Below, piece by piece: positions 15,659-25,285 of a stretch of 25,810 nt of DNA. The notes under the pieces are model-generated. The model made no database searches and had not been told where the DNA came from. It saw only the letters and a program-made list of their open reading frames with translations. The translations under genes were made by a program, and so were the position numbers. Position 1 is the first letter of the stretch. Each line of letters starts with the position of its first letter. Source of the DNA: Candidatus Bipolaricaulia bacterium (lineage in GTDB: Bacteria > Bipolaricaulota > Bipolaricaulia > RBG-16-55-9); NCBI GenBank assembly GCA_042219045.1, contig JBDGQO010000094.1, positions 1 to 25,810 on the forward strand, in the 5' to 3' direction.

Positions 15659-17037
15659 CAGTCCGGAATGTCGTCGCTGAGCTGGAGCCAGAACGTCTCG
15701 CCCTGGATGTCCCAGCTGTCGGGCGCGTTCTCGAACAACGCCAACGGGATGTTGCCGAGCTCGGGACCGTCCCGCTGGCGCACGCCGAGCGCATGGCCCA
15801 GCTGATCCCGAATGTCGCGCGAGTAGATCGTTATGAGATACCCGTGCAGGCGCGAACTCAGCTGCCATTGGGCCAAATCCCGGACCGTGTTGATCAAGCG
15901 GCTGCGGCAGATCGGTTCGTCCTGGACGTAGAGGTTGACCTTCGCCATGCGATACGTTCGGCACAGGTCGCCGCACGCAGCGTTATCCCCGCTCAATTGG
16001 TTGATCTCGACCTTCGTGCCGAGCACCCGGAGCGCCGTGCCGTCGAGATGGGCCGTGTTGACGTTGACCTGGACGCGATCTCCTTCGGGTTCGTCACCGT
16101 TCCACGTCAGTGCACCGAGGAAGTGGGCGTAGTCGCGTGGGGCCATGAACCCCTCGCGGACGGCGTCGTAGAGCTGGACGTTGATCCAGTCGGCGTCGGC
16201 CTGGCCCTTCGCTGACGCCAGGATGTCGCGCAGAACCGTTTCAATGTCGGCCTCGTCCAGCGTCGTGGCATTGCCGTCGATGACGTACTTGTAGAAGAGC
16301 GAGCGCCCCCGTGAGGAATTCGCCGAGGACGGCGGGTCGAGCCGACGATAGGACACGACCGTATCGTTGACCTTGACGGATCCCCGGGATGCCTTGTTGG
16401 CCTCAACCTGCACGACGACCTCGGCCTCATCGGTCTGGCTGTCGCTGTCCGCGATGGTCAGCGTTGCTTGATAGCGGCCCGGTTCCGTATATGTGTGTGA
16501 AACGTCCGCGCCCGTCGCGCTCGTGCCATCGCCGAAGTCCCACTTGTAGCTTGTGATTTCGGTGCCCGGTGCGCTCGTGGAGCGGGCCCCATTGAAGGCG
16601 ACGTCCAATGGCGCCGCGCCGCTCATGTACTGGAGCAAGACGTCGTCCGCGTTGTTGGGGTTGCGGATGCTGGCTCGGGCTTGCGGACCCACTTGGACCT
16701 GGATCGTGATGCCGTCCTTGGCGGTCTCGCCTGCCTCGTCCGTGACGGTCAGCTCGACGCGGTACTCGCCCGACTCCGCGTAGGTATGCGTCGGATTGGC
16801 TTGGTCGCTCGTGCTCCCGTCGCCAAAGGTCCACTCGTACGAGTCGATCGCGCCGTCGGGGTCCTTGGCGTCCGCTTTGAACGTCACCTCGGGCCCGTGG
16901 ACGTCGGCCTCGCTTGGCGCCGTAATGCTCACCTCGGGCGGTTCGTTCGGCGAGGAACAGCCGACGAGCAACGCGAGGCTGAGGCAAGCAACAAGCGCTG
17001 AAACCCGACTCACGTTCCGTCTGCTTGGTGCCATCAT
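15655..17037 (-). CDS. Lipoprotein with two PKD domains and an uncharacterised C-terminal region
   Basis: Lipobox LLVGC; two PKD signatures YEWTFGDG...PTHTY and YKWDFGDG...VSHTY. Confidence 0.88.
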   Translation of the reverse strand: MMAPSRRNVSRVSALVACLSLALLVGCSSPNEPPEVSITAPSEADVHGPEVTFKADAKDPDGAIDSYEWTFGDGSTSDQANPTHTYAESGEYRVELTVTDEAGETAKDGITIQVQVGPQARASIRNPNNADDVLLQYMSGAAPLDVAFNGARSTSAPGTEITSYKWDFGDGTSATGADVSHTYTEPGRYQATLTIADSDSQTDEAEVVVQVEANKASRGSVKVNDTVVSYRRLDPPSSANSSRGRSLFYKYVIDGNATTLDEADIETVLRDILASAKGQADADWINVQLYDAVREGFMAPRDYAHFLGALTWNGDEPEGDRVQVNVNTAHLDGTALRVLGTKVEINQLSGDNAACGDLCRTYRMAKVNLYVQDEPICRSRLINTVRDLAQWQLSSRLHGYLITIYSRDIRDQLGHALGVRQRDGPELGNIPLALFENAPDSWDIQGETFWLQLSDDIPDC

Positions 17038-17183
17038 GGGTCGAGCCGTCCTCTCCCGTCAGCCGTCGTGCCAGCGGCTGATCCGCACGGACATTATCAC
17101 ACGTCGGGCCCAGATTGTACCCGCCCGTCGCGCCTCGTTCGGCGTTGTCCGCCCAATTGACGGGACGTCCGTCACTGGGCGAC

Positions 17184-18251
17184 TTAGTCGGGAAGCCGGA
17201 TTTCAGTAATAACGGGCAAGTGGTCCGAGATGCGCAGGGTGTCGCCTTGGCGCACGCGGTGCGGGCCGAGCTCCACGTCTCCGGACATGAAGTAGTAGTC
17301 GATTGTCTTGTTCGGCTCGTCAATGGCTGGGTCGTTGGGGAAGTGGGTGTACCAGTCCGCCCGTCTCGGGCCCGTCAGCTCCGCCAACGTCGGCACGGTT
17401 TGGTAAGCATCGAACAGAGGCTTGATTTCCGATTCATGGAGATTGAAGTGGGCCCGCTGCGCCGGCTGGAGGCACTCGAAAGCCCGCGCGTCGGGCGGCA
17501 GCATGTTGAAGTCGCCGCCGATTAGCCAGGGATGGCCGTCGTTCGAGAGCCGGGTCAAGATCGACTGGATCTCCTCGACGTGCCGGGCCATCAATCCGGT
17601 GCCCTTGGCAAACGCTTCCAGATGGGTATTCAGCGCGACAAAGTCGGCTCCGCCATCGACGGGCATGCGGACCTCCTGGACCGCGCGTCGAAGGTTGAAG
17701 TGCTTGGTGACGGGGTTGGCCGGCTTGAGCGAGAGCTGATGCCGGACGGCCTCGTCGATGCGGTATTTCGACAGAACCACGAGCTTCATCCCGACGCTGC
17801 CCAGAATGCGCGGATGCGGCACGAACGGCGCGCGCCAATAGAACGCCGAGGAGCGGCAGGCGTAATCCGAGGGCAGGTGCTCGCGCAACAGCGCCAGCTC
17901 GTCGATGTATTCGGTCCGGACGGCGCCGTCGTAGATCTCCTGCAGCAAGACGATGTCCGGGTCCTCGTCGCGAATGACGCGGGCAACCTCCGCGGTCGTC
18001 CGTCGGATATCGGTCGGGTCGACGCGGGCGTCCGGGCCGCCCTCGTAGAAGAAGTAGTAGTCCTTGCCGGCCATGTACTGGACGTTCCAGTTGAGGACTT
18101 TCACGGATTGGCCCGGGGCCAGCTTGGGCGGATCCCCGGCGCAGTGGACGGCCATTGACTCGCGTGTCGACGGCTGATAGACCGACATCCAGGCCCACAC
18201 GCCCGCTGACATCAACGTGCCGAACAATGCCAGAATGATCCACTTGATCAT
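17184..18251 (-). CDS. Membrane-anchored endonuclease/exonuclease/phosphatase family protein
   Basis: N-terminal TM; NWNVQY, LLQE, NTHL, GGDFN, IDY, SDHLPV. Confidence 0.93.
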   Translation of the reverse strand: MIKWIILALFGTLMSAGVWAWMSVYQPSTRESMAVHCAGDPPKLAPGQSVKVLNWNVQYMAGKDYYFFYEGGPDARVDPTDIRRTTAEVARVIRDEDPDIVLLQEIYDGAVRTEYIDELALLREHLPSDYACRSSAFYWRAPFVPHPRILGSVGMKLVVLSKYRIDEAVRHQLSLKPANPVTKHFNLRRAVQEVRMPVDGGADFVALNTHLEAFAKGTGLMARHVEEIQSILTRLSNDGHPWLIGGDFNMLPPDARAFECLQPAQRAHFNLHESEIKPLFDAYQTVPTLAELTGPRRADWYTHFPNDPAIDEPNKTIDYYFMSGDVELGPHRVRQGDTLRISDHLPVITEIRLPD

Positions 18252-18402
18252 GAGCGATCCCTGCGATGCCGACCAGAGATGATGCGGATCTTACTTCCAT
18301 GGAGCGAACGCGACATGACGAGCCATTTTACGATACGCTGGATCTCTCAACTAGATGGGGGCGGGGCGGAGTCCACGGGGCGTTGCAAGCCAGCAAGGCA
18401 AA

Positions 18403-18425
18403 CGGGAGCCCGAGGTGGGCTCCCG
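18403..18425 (-). terminator. Intrinsic terminator of ppdK
   Basis: CGGGAGCCC-5 nt-GGGCTCCCG 9-bp stem followed by TTTG on the minus strand, ~40 nt past the stop. Confidence 0.75.
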
Positions 18426-18462
18426 CTCGTCTGCGTTAGGAGGTTGAGTCGGACGTTACGTC

Positions 18463-21132
18463 TCACACGTCGCGCTCCACGTCCCCGAGCGCGGCCTGGG
18501 CGGCGGCCAGGCGCGCCACCGGCACGCGGAACGGACTGCAGCTTACATAGTCCAGCTCGATATTGTGGCAGAACGCAATGGAGGCCGGATTGCCACCGTG
18601 CTCGCCGCAGATGCCGATCTCGATGTCCGGGCGCGTCGCCTTGCCTTTGTCCGCGGCGATGCTCATCAGCTCGCCCACGCCGTCCTGATCGATGGAGACG
18701 AACGGGTCCTCGAAGACGCCGTCCTCTTGGTATTTGGCGAGGAACGTGCCCTGTGCGTCGTCGCGGGAGATGCCGAACGTCGTCTGGGTCAGGTCGTTGG
18801 TGCCGAAGGAGAAGAACTCCGCGCTCTCGGCGATCTCGTCGGCGACGATGCACGTCCGCGGCAGCTCGATCATCGTGCCGAACTGGTAGTCGATCGACAC
18901 GCCCTGCTCGCTCTCCACGCGCTGAGCGACCTCCTCGAGCCGGGCCTTGACGGTCTCCAGCTCGCACGCGTGGGCCACGAGCGGGATCATGATCTCCGGA
19001 TGGACGTCGACGCCCTGGTTCGACAACTCCCCAGCGGCTTCCAAAATCGCCCGCGTCTGCATCTGCAGGATCTCCGGGTAGAGCATGCCGAGCCGGACGC
19101 CGCGCAGGCCGAGCATCGGGTTCGCCTCGCGCATGCGCTCCACGGCCTCCAGCAGCTCTGCCTTCTCCGGGTCCGCTTTGCCCCGCGCGCGGGTCTCGGC
19201 CAGCTCCTGGACCAGCTCATCGAAGTCGGGCAGGAACTCGTGCAACGGCGGGTCGATCAAACGGATGATGACCGGGAGGCCGTCCATGGCTTGCAGGAGC
19301 CCTTTGAAGTCCTCGCGCTGCATCGGCAGGAGTTTCGCCAGCGCGGCCTCACGGTCCGATCTCGCCTCGGTCAGGATCATCTCCCGAACGATGGGCAGCC
19401 GGTCCTCCTCGAAGAACATGTGCTCAGTGCGGCACAACCCGATGCCCTGGGCGCCGAAGTTGCGGGCCCGCTCGGCATCGTCGGGGTAGTCGGCGTTGGC
19501 GCGTACGCCCAGCTGCCGGAACTCGTCGGACCAACCGAGCAGCTCGGTCAGCTCGTGCTCTTCTTCCAACTTCGGCACGACCGTGGGCAGCTCGCCCTGG
19601 TAGAGTTTGCCGCTGGTGCCGTCGATGCCGATCGTGTCGCCCTCGGCGACCGTGGTGCCGTCGGCCGTGAACCGCTTGTTGCTCAGATCAATGTGAATGG
19701 CCTCGCAACCGACGACCGCCGGCTTACCCAGGCTGCGCGACACGATGGCCGCGTGCGAGGTCATGCCGCCGCGCTGGGTCAGCACGCCCTGGCACTGCAG
19801 GAACCCGTGAACGTCGTCGGGCGTCGTCTCCGGACGCACCAGGATGACGTCTTCGCCGTTCTTGCCCATCTCCTCGGCCGTGTCGGCGTCGAAGACGGCT
19901 TTGCCGACCGCGGCCCCGGGAGAGGCGTTGAGGCCCTGGGCGAGCATGCGCCCGTCGGATTCCGCCCGTTCGACGGCCTCGGTCTCGAAGCGCGGGTGCA
20001 GCAGCATCTCGATCTGATCCGGCGTGACGCGCTGCACGGCCGTTTCGCGATCGATGAGCCCCTCGTTGGCCATGTCGACGGCGATGACCGTCGCTGCCTT
20101 GGCGGTCCGCTTTCCGGCCCGCGTCTGCAGGATCCAGAACTTCTCGTGCTCGATGGTGAACTCCAGGTCCTGCATCTCCTGATAGTGGGCCTCGAGCGTG
20201 CCGCACGTCTCGACGAGCTCCTCATAGGCCGCGGGCATGTCGTCCTTCATCTCGGCCACCGACTTGGGCGTGCGAATGCCGGCCACGACGTCTTCGCCTT
20301 GGGCGTTTTTGAGATACTCGCCGTAGATCCCCGTCTCGCCCGTGGACGGGTTGCGCGTAAACGCCACGCCGCTGGCCGAGTTCTCGCCCATGTTGCCGAA
20401 GACCATCGTCTGGATGTTGACGGCCGTGCCCAAATCGTGCGGAATCCCGTGGAATTCGCGATAGTCGCGGGCGCGCTTGATGTTCCAGGAGCTGAACACG
20501 GCCTCGATGGCCATCTCGAGCTGCTTGGTCGGATTCTGCGGAAACTCCTTGCCGGGCTCCTCGTCAATGATTCGCTTGAAGCGCTCCACGATGTCGCTCA
20601 ACTCGGACACTGGAAGTTCGGCATCCGAGCCGACGCCGTTGGCCTCGCGGCGCTCATGGAGCACGTCCTCAAATTTGTCGAGGTCGATGCCGAGCACGAC
20701 GTCGCCGAACATCTGGATGAGCCGCCGGTAGGCGTCGTGGGCGAAGTGCTCGTCGTTGCTCATCTCGATCAAGCCGGGAAGGGCGTCGTCGTTGAGGCCG
20801 AGGTTCAACACGGTGTCCATCATGCCGGGCATGGAGAACTTCGCGCCGGAGCGGACCGAGATCAAGAGCGGATTGTGCGGATCGCCAAAACGGCGGCCGA
20901 TCTGGTCCTCGACGTGGCTCATGGCATCCTGGACCTCATCCCACATGCCTTGAGGGAAACGATTGTCCGCATCGAAATAGGCAATACAGGCCTCGGTCGT
21001 CACCGTAAAGCCGGGCGGCACCGGCAGACCGATGCGCGACATCTCCGCCAAGCCTGCGCCCTTGCCGCCAAGCAGCGCGCGTTGGTCCTTCGATCCCTCT
21101 TCAAACAACGACACCCATCGGCGCTGTGCCAT
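18463..21132 (-). CDS. ppdK: Pyruvate, phosphate dikinase
   Basis: LGGKGAGL, SVRSGA, SMPGMMDT, phospho-His GGMTSHAA, GLCRTEHMF, FSFGTNDLTQ, GICGEHGG; start ATG 21132 after AAGGAGG. Confidence 0.98.
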   Translation of the reverse strand: MAQRRWVSLFEEGSKDQRALLGGKGAGLAEMSRIGLPVPPGFTVTTEACIAYFDADNRFPQGMWDEVQDAMSHVEDQIGRRFGDPHNPLLISVRSGAKFSMPGMMDTVLNLGLNDDALPGLIEMSNDEHFAHDAYRRLIQMFGDVVLGIDLDKFEDVLHERREANGVGSDAELPVSELSDIVERFKRIIDEEPGKEFPQNPTKQLEMAIEAVFSSWNIKRARDYREFHGIPHDLGTAVNIQTMVFGNMGENSASGVAFTRNPSTGETGIYGEYLKNAQGEDVVAGIRTPKSVAEMKDDMPAAYEELVETCGTLEAHYQEMQDLEFTIEHEKFWILQTRAGKRTAKAATVIAVDMANEGLIDRETAVQRVTPDQIEMLLHPRFETEAVERAESDGRMLAQGLNASPGAAVGKAVFDADTAEEMGKNGEDVILVRPETTPDDVHGFLQCQGVLTQRGGMTSHAAIVSRSLGKPAVVGCEAIHIDLSNKRFTADGTTVAEGDTIGIDGTSGKLYQGELPTVVPKLEEEHELTELLGWSDEFRQLGVRANADYPDDAERARNFGAQGIGLCRTEHMFFEEDRLPIVREMILTEARSDREAALAKLLPMQREDFKGLLQAMDGLPVIIRLIDPPLHEFLPDFDELVQELAETRARGKADPEKAELLEAVERMREANPMLGLRGVRLGMLYPEILQMQTRAILEAAGELSNQGVDVHPEIMIPLVAHACELETVKARLEEVAQRVESEQGVSIDYQFGTMIELPRTCIVADEIAESAEFFSFGTNDLTQTTFGISRDDAQGTFLAKYQEDGVFEDPFVSIDQDGVGELMSIAADKGKATRPDIEIGICGEHGGNPASIAFCHNIELDYVSCSPFRVPVARLAAAQAALGDVERDV

Positions 21133-21275
21133 TCTGGTCAGTTCCTCCTTCATGGGTTCGCTATCCTCAAGCTATCGACGATCGCAATCACAAGGCGATT
21201 GCCCGTCCATTGCCTACATTAAGATCGCGATGTCAGATGCGCGATGATCCTGGTCATGCACGCAGCTACGCTTGA

Positions 21276-22025
21276 TCAGCTCCGGGATTGATCGCTGGAG
21301 ATGCGGCCATCCTCCAGGTAGACGACGCGATCGACGTTGCCCAGCAGGCGTTCGTCGTGAGTAGCAAAGAGGAACGTCACGCCGCGCTCGCGGTTCAGCT
21401 CGCGCATCAGCTCGATGAGGTTGTGCCCCGTCTTGGAGTCCAGGTTGGCCGTGGGCTCGTCGGCCAACACGAGCGACGGGCCGGGCGCAACCGCTCGGGC
21501 GACCGCCACGCGCTGTTGTTGCCCCCCCGAGAGCTTGTTGGGAAACTGGTCGACGAGCGTGTCGACGCCGAGGGTGTTGAGGACGTCCATGGCGCGGTCT
21601 CGCCGCCGTCGGAATGGCACGCCTTGCAGCTCCATCACGAACGCGGCGTTCTCCAGAACCGTCAGCACCGGGATCAAGTTGTAGGCCTGAAAGACGAAGC
21701 CGATCTCGCGCAGCCGCACCTCGGCCAAGTCATCCGCGTCCATCTCGTTCAGTTGATGCCCATTGAGCGAGATCGTCCCCGCCGACGGGCTAAGCAGCCC
21801 GCCGACCAGATGGAGCAGCGTCGACTTTCCCGAGCCGCTCGGGCCGGCCAACGCGGCGAACTCCTCCCGATGCAAGACGAGGTCGACGCCGCTCAGTGCC
21901 TGCGTTTCCACGCCGTCGGCTCGATACGTCTTCTCCAACGAGGTCGTCCGGATGACAGGGTCGTCCGTTGGCATGTCGTCGTTCCTGGTGTTCGATCCTT
22001 CAGCTTGGGTTCGCTTGAGATCCAT
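21276..22025 (-). CDS. ABC transporter ATP-binding protein (LolD/MacB-type)
   Basis: Walker A GPSGSGKS, GFVFQAYNL, LSGGQQQRVAVARA, LADEPTANLD; TAATG overlap with the upstream permease. Confidence 0.96.
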   Translation of the reverse strand: MDLKRTQAEGSNTRNDDMPTDDPVIRTTSLEKTYRADGVETQALSGVDLVLHREEFAALAGPSGSGKSTLLHLVGGLLSPSAGTISLNGHQLNEMDADDLAEVRLREIGFVFQAYNLIPVLTVLENAAFVMELQGVPFRRRRDRAMDVLNTLGVDTLVDQFPNKLSGGQQQRVAVARAVAPGPSLVLADEPTANLDSKTGHNLIELMRELNRERGVTFLFATHDERLLGNVDRVVYLEDGRISSDQSRS

Positions 22026-23266
22026 TAGGCACCCCGCATCGCTTCGATCGGTTCAAGCGCGGCAGCGTTGCGAGCCGGCAGCCAAGAGGCCAGCAGCGCA
22101 ATACCGAGCATTGCCGCAGCGGATATTAGGCCCTGAGAGATAGTCATGTGAAGGTTGAGCACTGGCTGCATCCCGATCTGGCGATAGACGTCTCGGTAGA
22201 TGTCGGGCAGGACGAGCCCGTCGCTCCAATGCCAGACGAGCCCGCCGCCGATCGCGCTGCCGATGAGCGCACCAATCAGGGCGATCATGGCCGCTTCGGC
22301 GACGACCATGCCGAGCACGCGTCGTCGGCCGCTGCCCAGGGCCAGTACCACGCCGAGCTCGTTCGTCCGTTCGTGCACGTTCAGAAAGAGCGTGTTGATC
22401 ACGACGAGACCCGCCAAGAGGAAGAAGATCGACATGATGCCCAGGTTAATGGGCTTCAGGATGTTCAAGAGACCAACCGTTTGTGGCGCAAGCGACCGCC
22501 AGCTCTCCACGGCGAATCCCTCCCCAAGCGCTTGACGGACCCGTTCGGTAACTTGCTCAATCCGCGGGCTGTCCCAGGGGCCATTGACGCCTTTCACCAG
22601 GGCCGCCACCGACGTTGCCGCGTTCGGAAGACTGATCGCGCTTTGCGCCTCGGCGAGCGGCACCTGGACGATGCGTTGCGACAGCTCGGGAGACGGGGCA
22701 TCGAGAACGCCCACGATGGTCGGCGTGAGCACACCCGTCCCCGTCTCGGGATGGGAAGTCACGAGGATGAGCCGATCGCCGACGGTGAGCTCGAGGTCCT
22801 CAAGCAACTGACGGCCCACAACGGCCACGCCGGAGTCGTCAGACTGCAGGTAGCGGCCTTGGTCGACCCATCGGCTCATCACGCTCATGCGCTGGGAGCG
22901 CTTCGGCTGGACGCCTTGCACGAGGACGCCTTTGGACTGATTGCCCGCTGAGGCGAGCGCCGGCAACGCCAAGCGGGTGGCATAGTGCTTGATGTCGTCG
23001 TCGGATGCCAGTACGTCGACGGCGGGTCGAATGTCGCGCACGATCGGCGCTGCCTGTCCGACGACCTCGTAGTCCGCCTTGTGGATCTGCAGGTGGCCGG
23101 TCTCCAGTCGCACGGTGTTCTCGAAGAGGCTCTGCTCGAACGCGCCCGTGAAGCCCCACATCAGGTTGAGCAACAACACCGGCACCATGATCGCCATCAG
23201 CGTCAAGACGCTGCGGCGCCGATTCCGAAACAGGTTGCGGACGGCGAGTCTTAGGATGAGCCACAT
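22025..23266 (-). CDS. ABC transporter permease (LolC/E, MacB/FtsX-like)
   Basis: RNLFRNRRRS, large periplasmic loop, ERTNELGVVLALG, LPARNAAALEPIEAMR. Confidence 0.94.
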   Translation of the reverse strand: MWLILRLAVRNLFRNRRRSVLTLMAIMVPVLLLNLMWGFTGAFEQSLFENTVRLETGHLQIHKADYEVVGQAAPIVRDIRPAVDVLASDDDIKHYATRLALPALASAGNQSKGVLVQGVQPKRSQRMSVMSRWVDQGRYLQSDDSGVAVVGRQLLEDLELTVGDRLILVTSHPETGTGVLTPTIVGVLDAPSPELSQRIVQVPLAEAQSAISLPNAATSVAALVKGVNGPWDSPRIEQVTERVRQALGEGFAVESWRSLAPQTVGLLNILKPINLGIMSIFFLLAGLVVINTLFLNVHERTNELGVVLALGSGRRRVLGMVVAEAAMIALIGALIGSAIGGGLVWHWSDGLVLPDIYRDVYRQIGMQPVLNLHMTISQGLISAAAMLGIALLASWLPARNAAALEPIEAMRGA

Positions 23267-24075
23267 GCTTCTTTATTCGCAAGACAGTCGCGCGTGAACA
23301 TGTTATCGGGCAGATCGACGTTGAACTCGTAGGACTTGATCCGTTGCACCGTCCGGTTGCCCTCTTCGGTCAGATCGTCGAAGACGATCTTCAGCGGATA
23401 GACCCGCGAACCCTCCCCGTTCTCGACGGTCACGAATTCGGAGAAGGTCGCTTGGCGGATAAGCGAGTCGCGCTGGTCATAGTAGTCGAAACGGAGGACG
23501 GCGCAGTCGGAACCGCGGACGTCCATCTCGATTTTGCCGTAGACGACGGCGGCGTCGGGCTTCGGTGTGAGTCGCACTTGATAGAGTTGATCGCCCTCTT
23601 CGTCCGATTCGTCGGCGGACGCATCGCGGGTTCCCAAAAGCTCCACATTGAAGCTCTCGTCAAGCGTCCCTTGATAGAAGTCCTGGAGCGAGAGGTCAGC
23701 CCCGAGGAAGTTCTCGCTGAGTGCGCTTTCCGGGAGCGAGACGGGCTGGCCGGCTTCGGGATCATAAAACCACAGGTTGTTGCCCTTCTGCAGATAAGCC
23801 GATCCCGCTTCGTCTTCGGGTTGTTGAATGCGGATGAGGGCCCGGTCGCCACCGCTCGTCCACATTTCCATCACGTAGGTCGTGGTGAAGTCGGGGCGGA
23901 TGAGTTTCAGGTTGACGGTGCCGTGAAAGGTCCCTTCAACGAGATTGCTTCGGGCACACGCGAGAACGTCTTGGCCATTGGGGTCATCGGGAATCTGTGC
24001 CTGACCGAGGGTCAAGCCGAGCCCCATCATCACGATGAGGAGTCCCCAAATTCGTCCACTGTAACGGTTAAACAT
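23251..24075 (-). CDS. Outer-membrane lipoprotein-sorting (LolA-like) periplasmic protein
   Basis: Signal peptide; P.DEAGSAYL, NLWFYDP, FLGADLSLQD, YYDQRDSLIR, FNVDLPDNMFT; lies between two LolC/E-like permeases. Confidence 0.88.
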   Translation of the reverse strand: MFNRYSGRIWGLLIVMMGLGLTLGQAQIPDDPNGQDVLACARSNLVEGTFHGTVNLKLIRPDFTTTYVMEMWTSGGDRALIRIQQPEDEAGSAYLQKGNNLWFYDPEAGQPVSLPESALSENFLGADLSLQDFYQGTLDESFNVELLGTRDASADESDEEGDQLYQVRLTPKPDAAVVYGKIEMDVRGSDCAVLRFDYYDQRDSLIRQATFSEFVTVENGEGSRVYPLKIVFDDLTEEGNRTVQRIKSYEFNVDLPDNMFTRDCLANKEACGSS

Positions 24076-25285
24076 GGCGAATCGCCTCCGTGGGTTCGAG
24101 TTTTGTCACGCGTCGGGCGGGATACCAGGCCGCCAGAAGCGCCGTGAGAATGACGACGCTCAGGCCATAGAGCCAATACCATCCGGAGGTCTCCGCATAA
24201 AGGGTGCGCGGCACGCCGATTGAGGCGAAGCGATCGGCATAAAAGCCGAGGTCAATGCCTTGCGTGGACAGAAACGCGACGCTGCCGTATCCGATAGCAC
24301 CGCCGATCGCAAAACCGACCAACGAGGCCAACGTGCTCTCGGTCAAGATCAACAGCGCGATGCGGCGTGGTTTGAAGCCGATGGCGGCCATGATGCCGAA
24401 CTCGCGGGTGCGCTCCAGCACGGTGAACATGACGGTGTTGGCGACGCCGAATCCGGCTAACAGCGAGAGAATCAGCATCGTCGGCATCATCTCAAACGTC
24501 CCGATCTTGGCGATGGTGCCGATTAGGGGGTTGAGATCGAACACCGTGGATGCGGAGACGGCGTCGGACAACCGCCGTTCCATCTCCCTCGCGATGTCGG
24601 CGCTTGAGCTGCCCGATGACAACGCGATCGCGACCGTCATTGCGCCTTCCAGATCGGACAATGCCCGCGCATCGGCGAGCGGGATGATGGCGGTCCGCTC
24701 GTCCAACGTGGGCAAGCCGGTGTCCATGATGCCGACGAGGCGGAATGCGCGCGAATGCCGACCCTCGCGTCCTTGGGCTTCCACGACCACGCGCTCCCCG
24801 AGGCGCACGTCCAGGTCGCGGGCCAGCGATCGGCCCAGGACGATCTCGTGCTCTGCCTGCAGGATGCGGCCGTCGACGATGGCCTCATCAGTCTGGGTCA
24901 CGCGGGTCTCATTGGGAAGTTGGACGCCTCGGATGGCGACGCCCGTCGAGCCGTAGGCGCTTTTGAGCAATCCGTTGAGGACGATGCGCGCACTGGCGGC
25001 GTTGACGCTCGCCATCTTGGATAGGTGATTTCGAATGTCGGTCAGTTGGGACGGTGACAAGGCGACCGAGAGATCGCGCTGGTCCAGGTATCCGTCGGCG
25101 TGAACCTGCAAATCGCCCGTGTCCAAGCGAACTTGCGCATCGACCATGGTCTGATGGAATCCCTCGGTGATGCCCCAAAGGACGACGATCGCCCAAGTGG
25201 CCAGTGCCACCACCGCAACCATGAGCGCCGTGCGGCGCCAATTGCGGCCCAGGTTTCGCCAAGCGAGCCGCATCAGCATCCTCAT
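24068..25285 (-). CDS. ABC transporter permease (LolC/E, MacB/FtsX-like)
   Basis: AWRNLGRNWRRT, ERTREFGIMAAIG, YPARRVTKLEPTEAIR; ATG 25285 overlaps the regulator stop (ATGA). Confidence 0.94.
   Translation of the reverse strand: MRMLMRLAWRNLGRNWRRTALMVAVVALATWAIVVLWGITEGFHQTMVDAQVRLDTGDLQVHADGYLDQRDLSVALSPSQLTDIRNHLSKMASVNAASARIVLNGLLKSAYGSTGVAIRGVQLPNETRVTQTDEAIVDGRILQAEHEIVLGRSLARDLDVRLGERVVVEAQGREGRHSRAFRLVGIMDTGLPTLDERTAIIPLADARALSDLEGAMTVAIALSSGSSSADIAREMERRLSDAVSASTVFDLNPLIGTIAKIGTFEMMPTMLILSLLAGFGVANTVMFTVLERTREFGIMAAIGFKPRRIALLILTESTLASLVGFAIGGAIGYGSVAFLSTQGIDLGFYADRFASIGVPRTLYAETSGWYWLYGLSVVILTALLAAWYPARRVTKLEPTEAIRHV

Noticed and set aside
21133..21153. ORF-track upstream starts for ppdK (also metF 870, nitroreductase 5748, infA 9141, hypothetical 11329, S41 14088, permease 25306)
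   Set aside because: Downstream ATGs have well-spaced SD sequences or stop/start overlaps and fit the expected family N-termini better.
18565..21222. 885-aa ORF antisense to ppdK, and many other long shadow ORFs (e.g. 1079-2041, 5761-6711, 14777-15976)
   Set aside because: They mirror recognisable genes on the opposite strand or frame, have no motifs, and are expected from high-GC codon bias.
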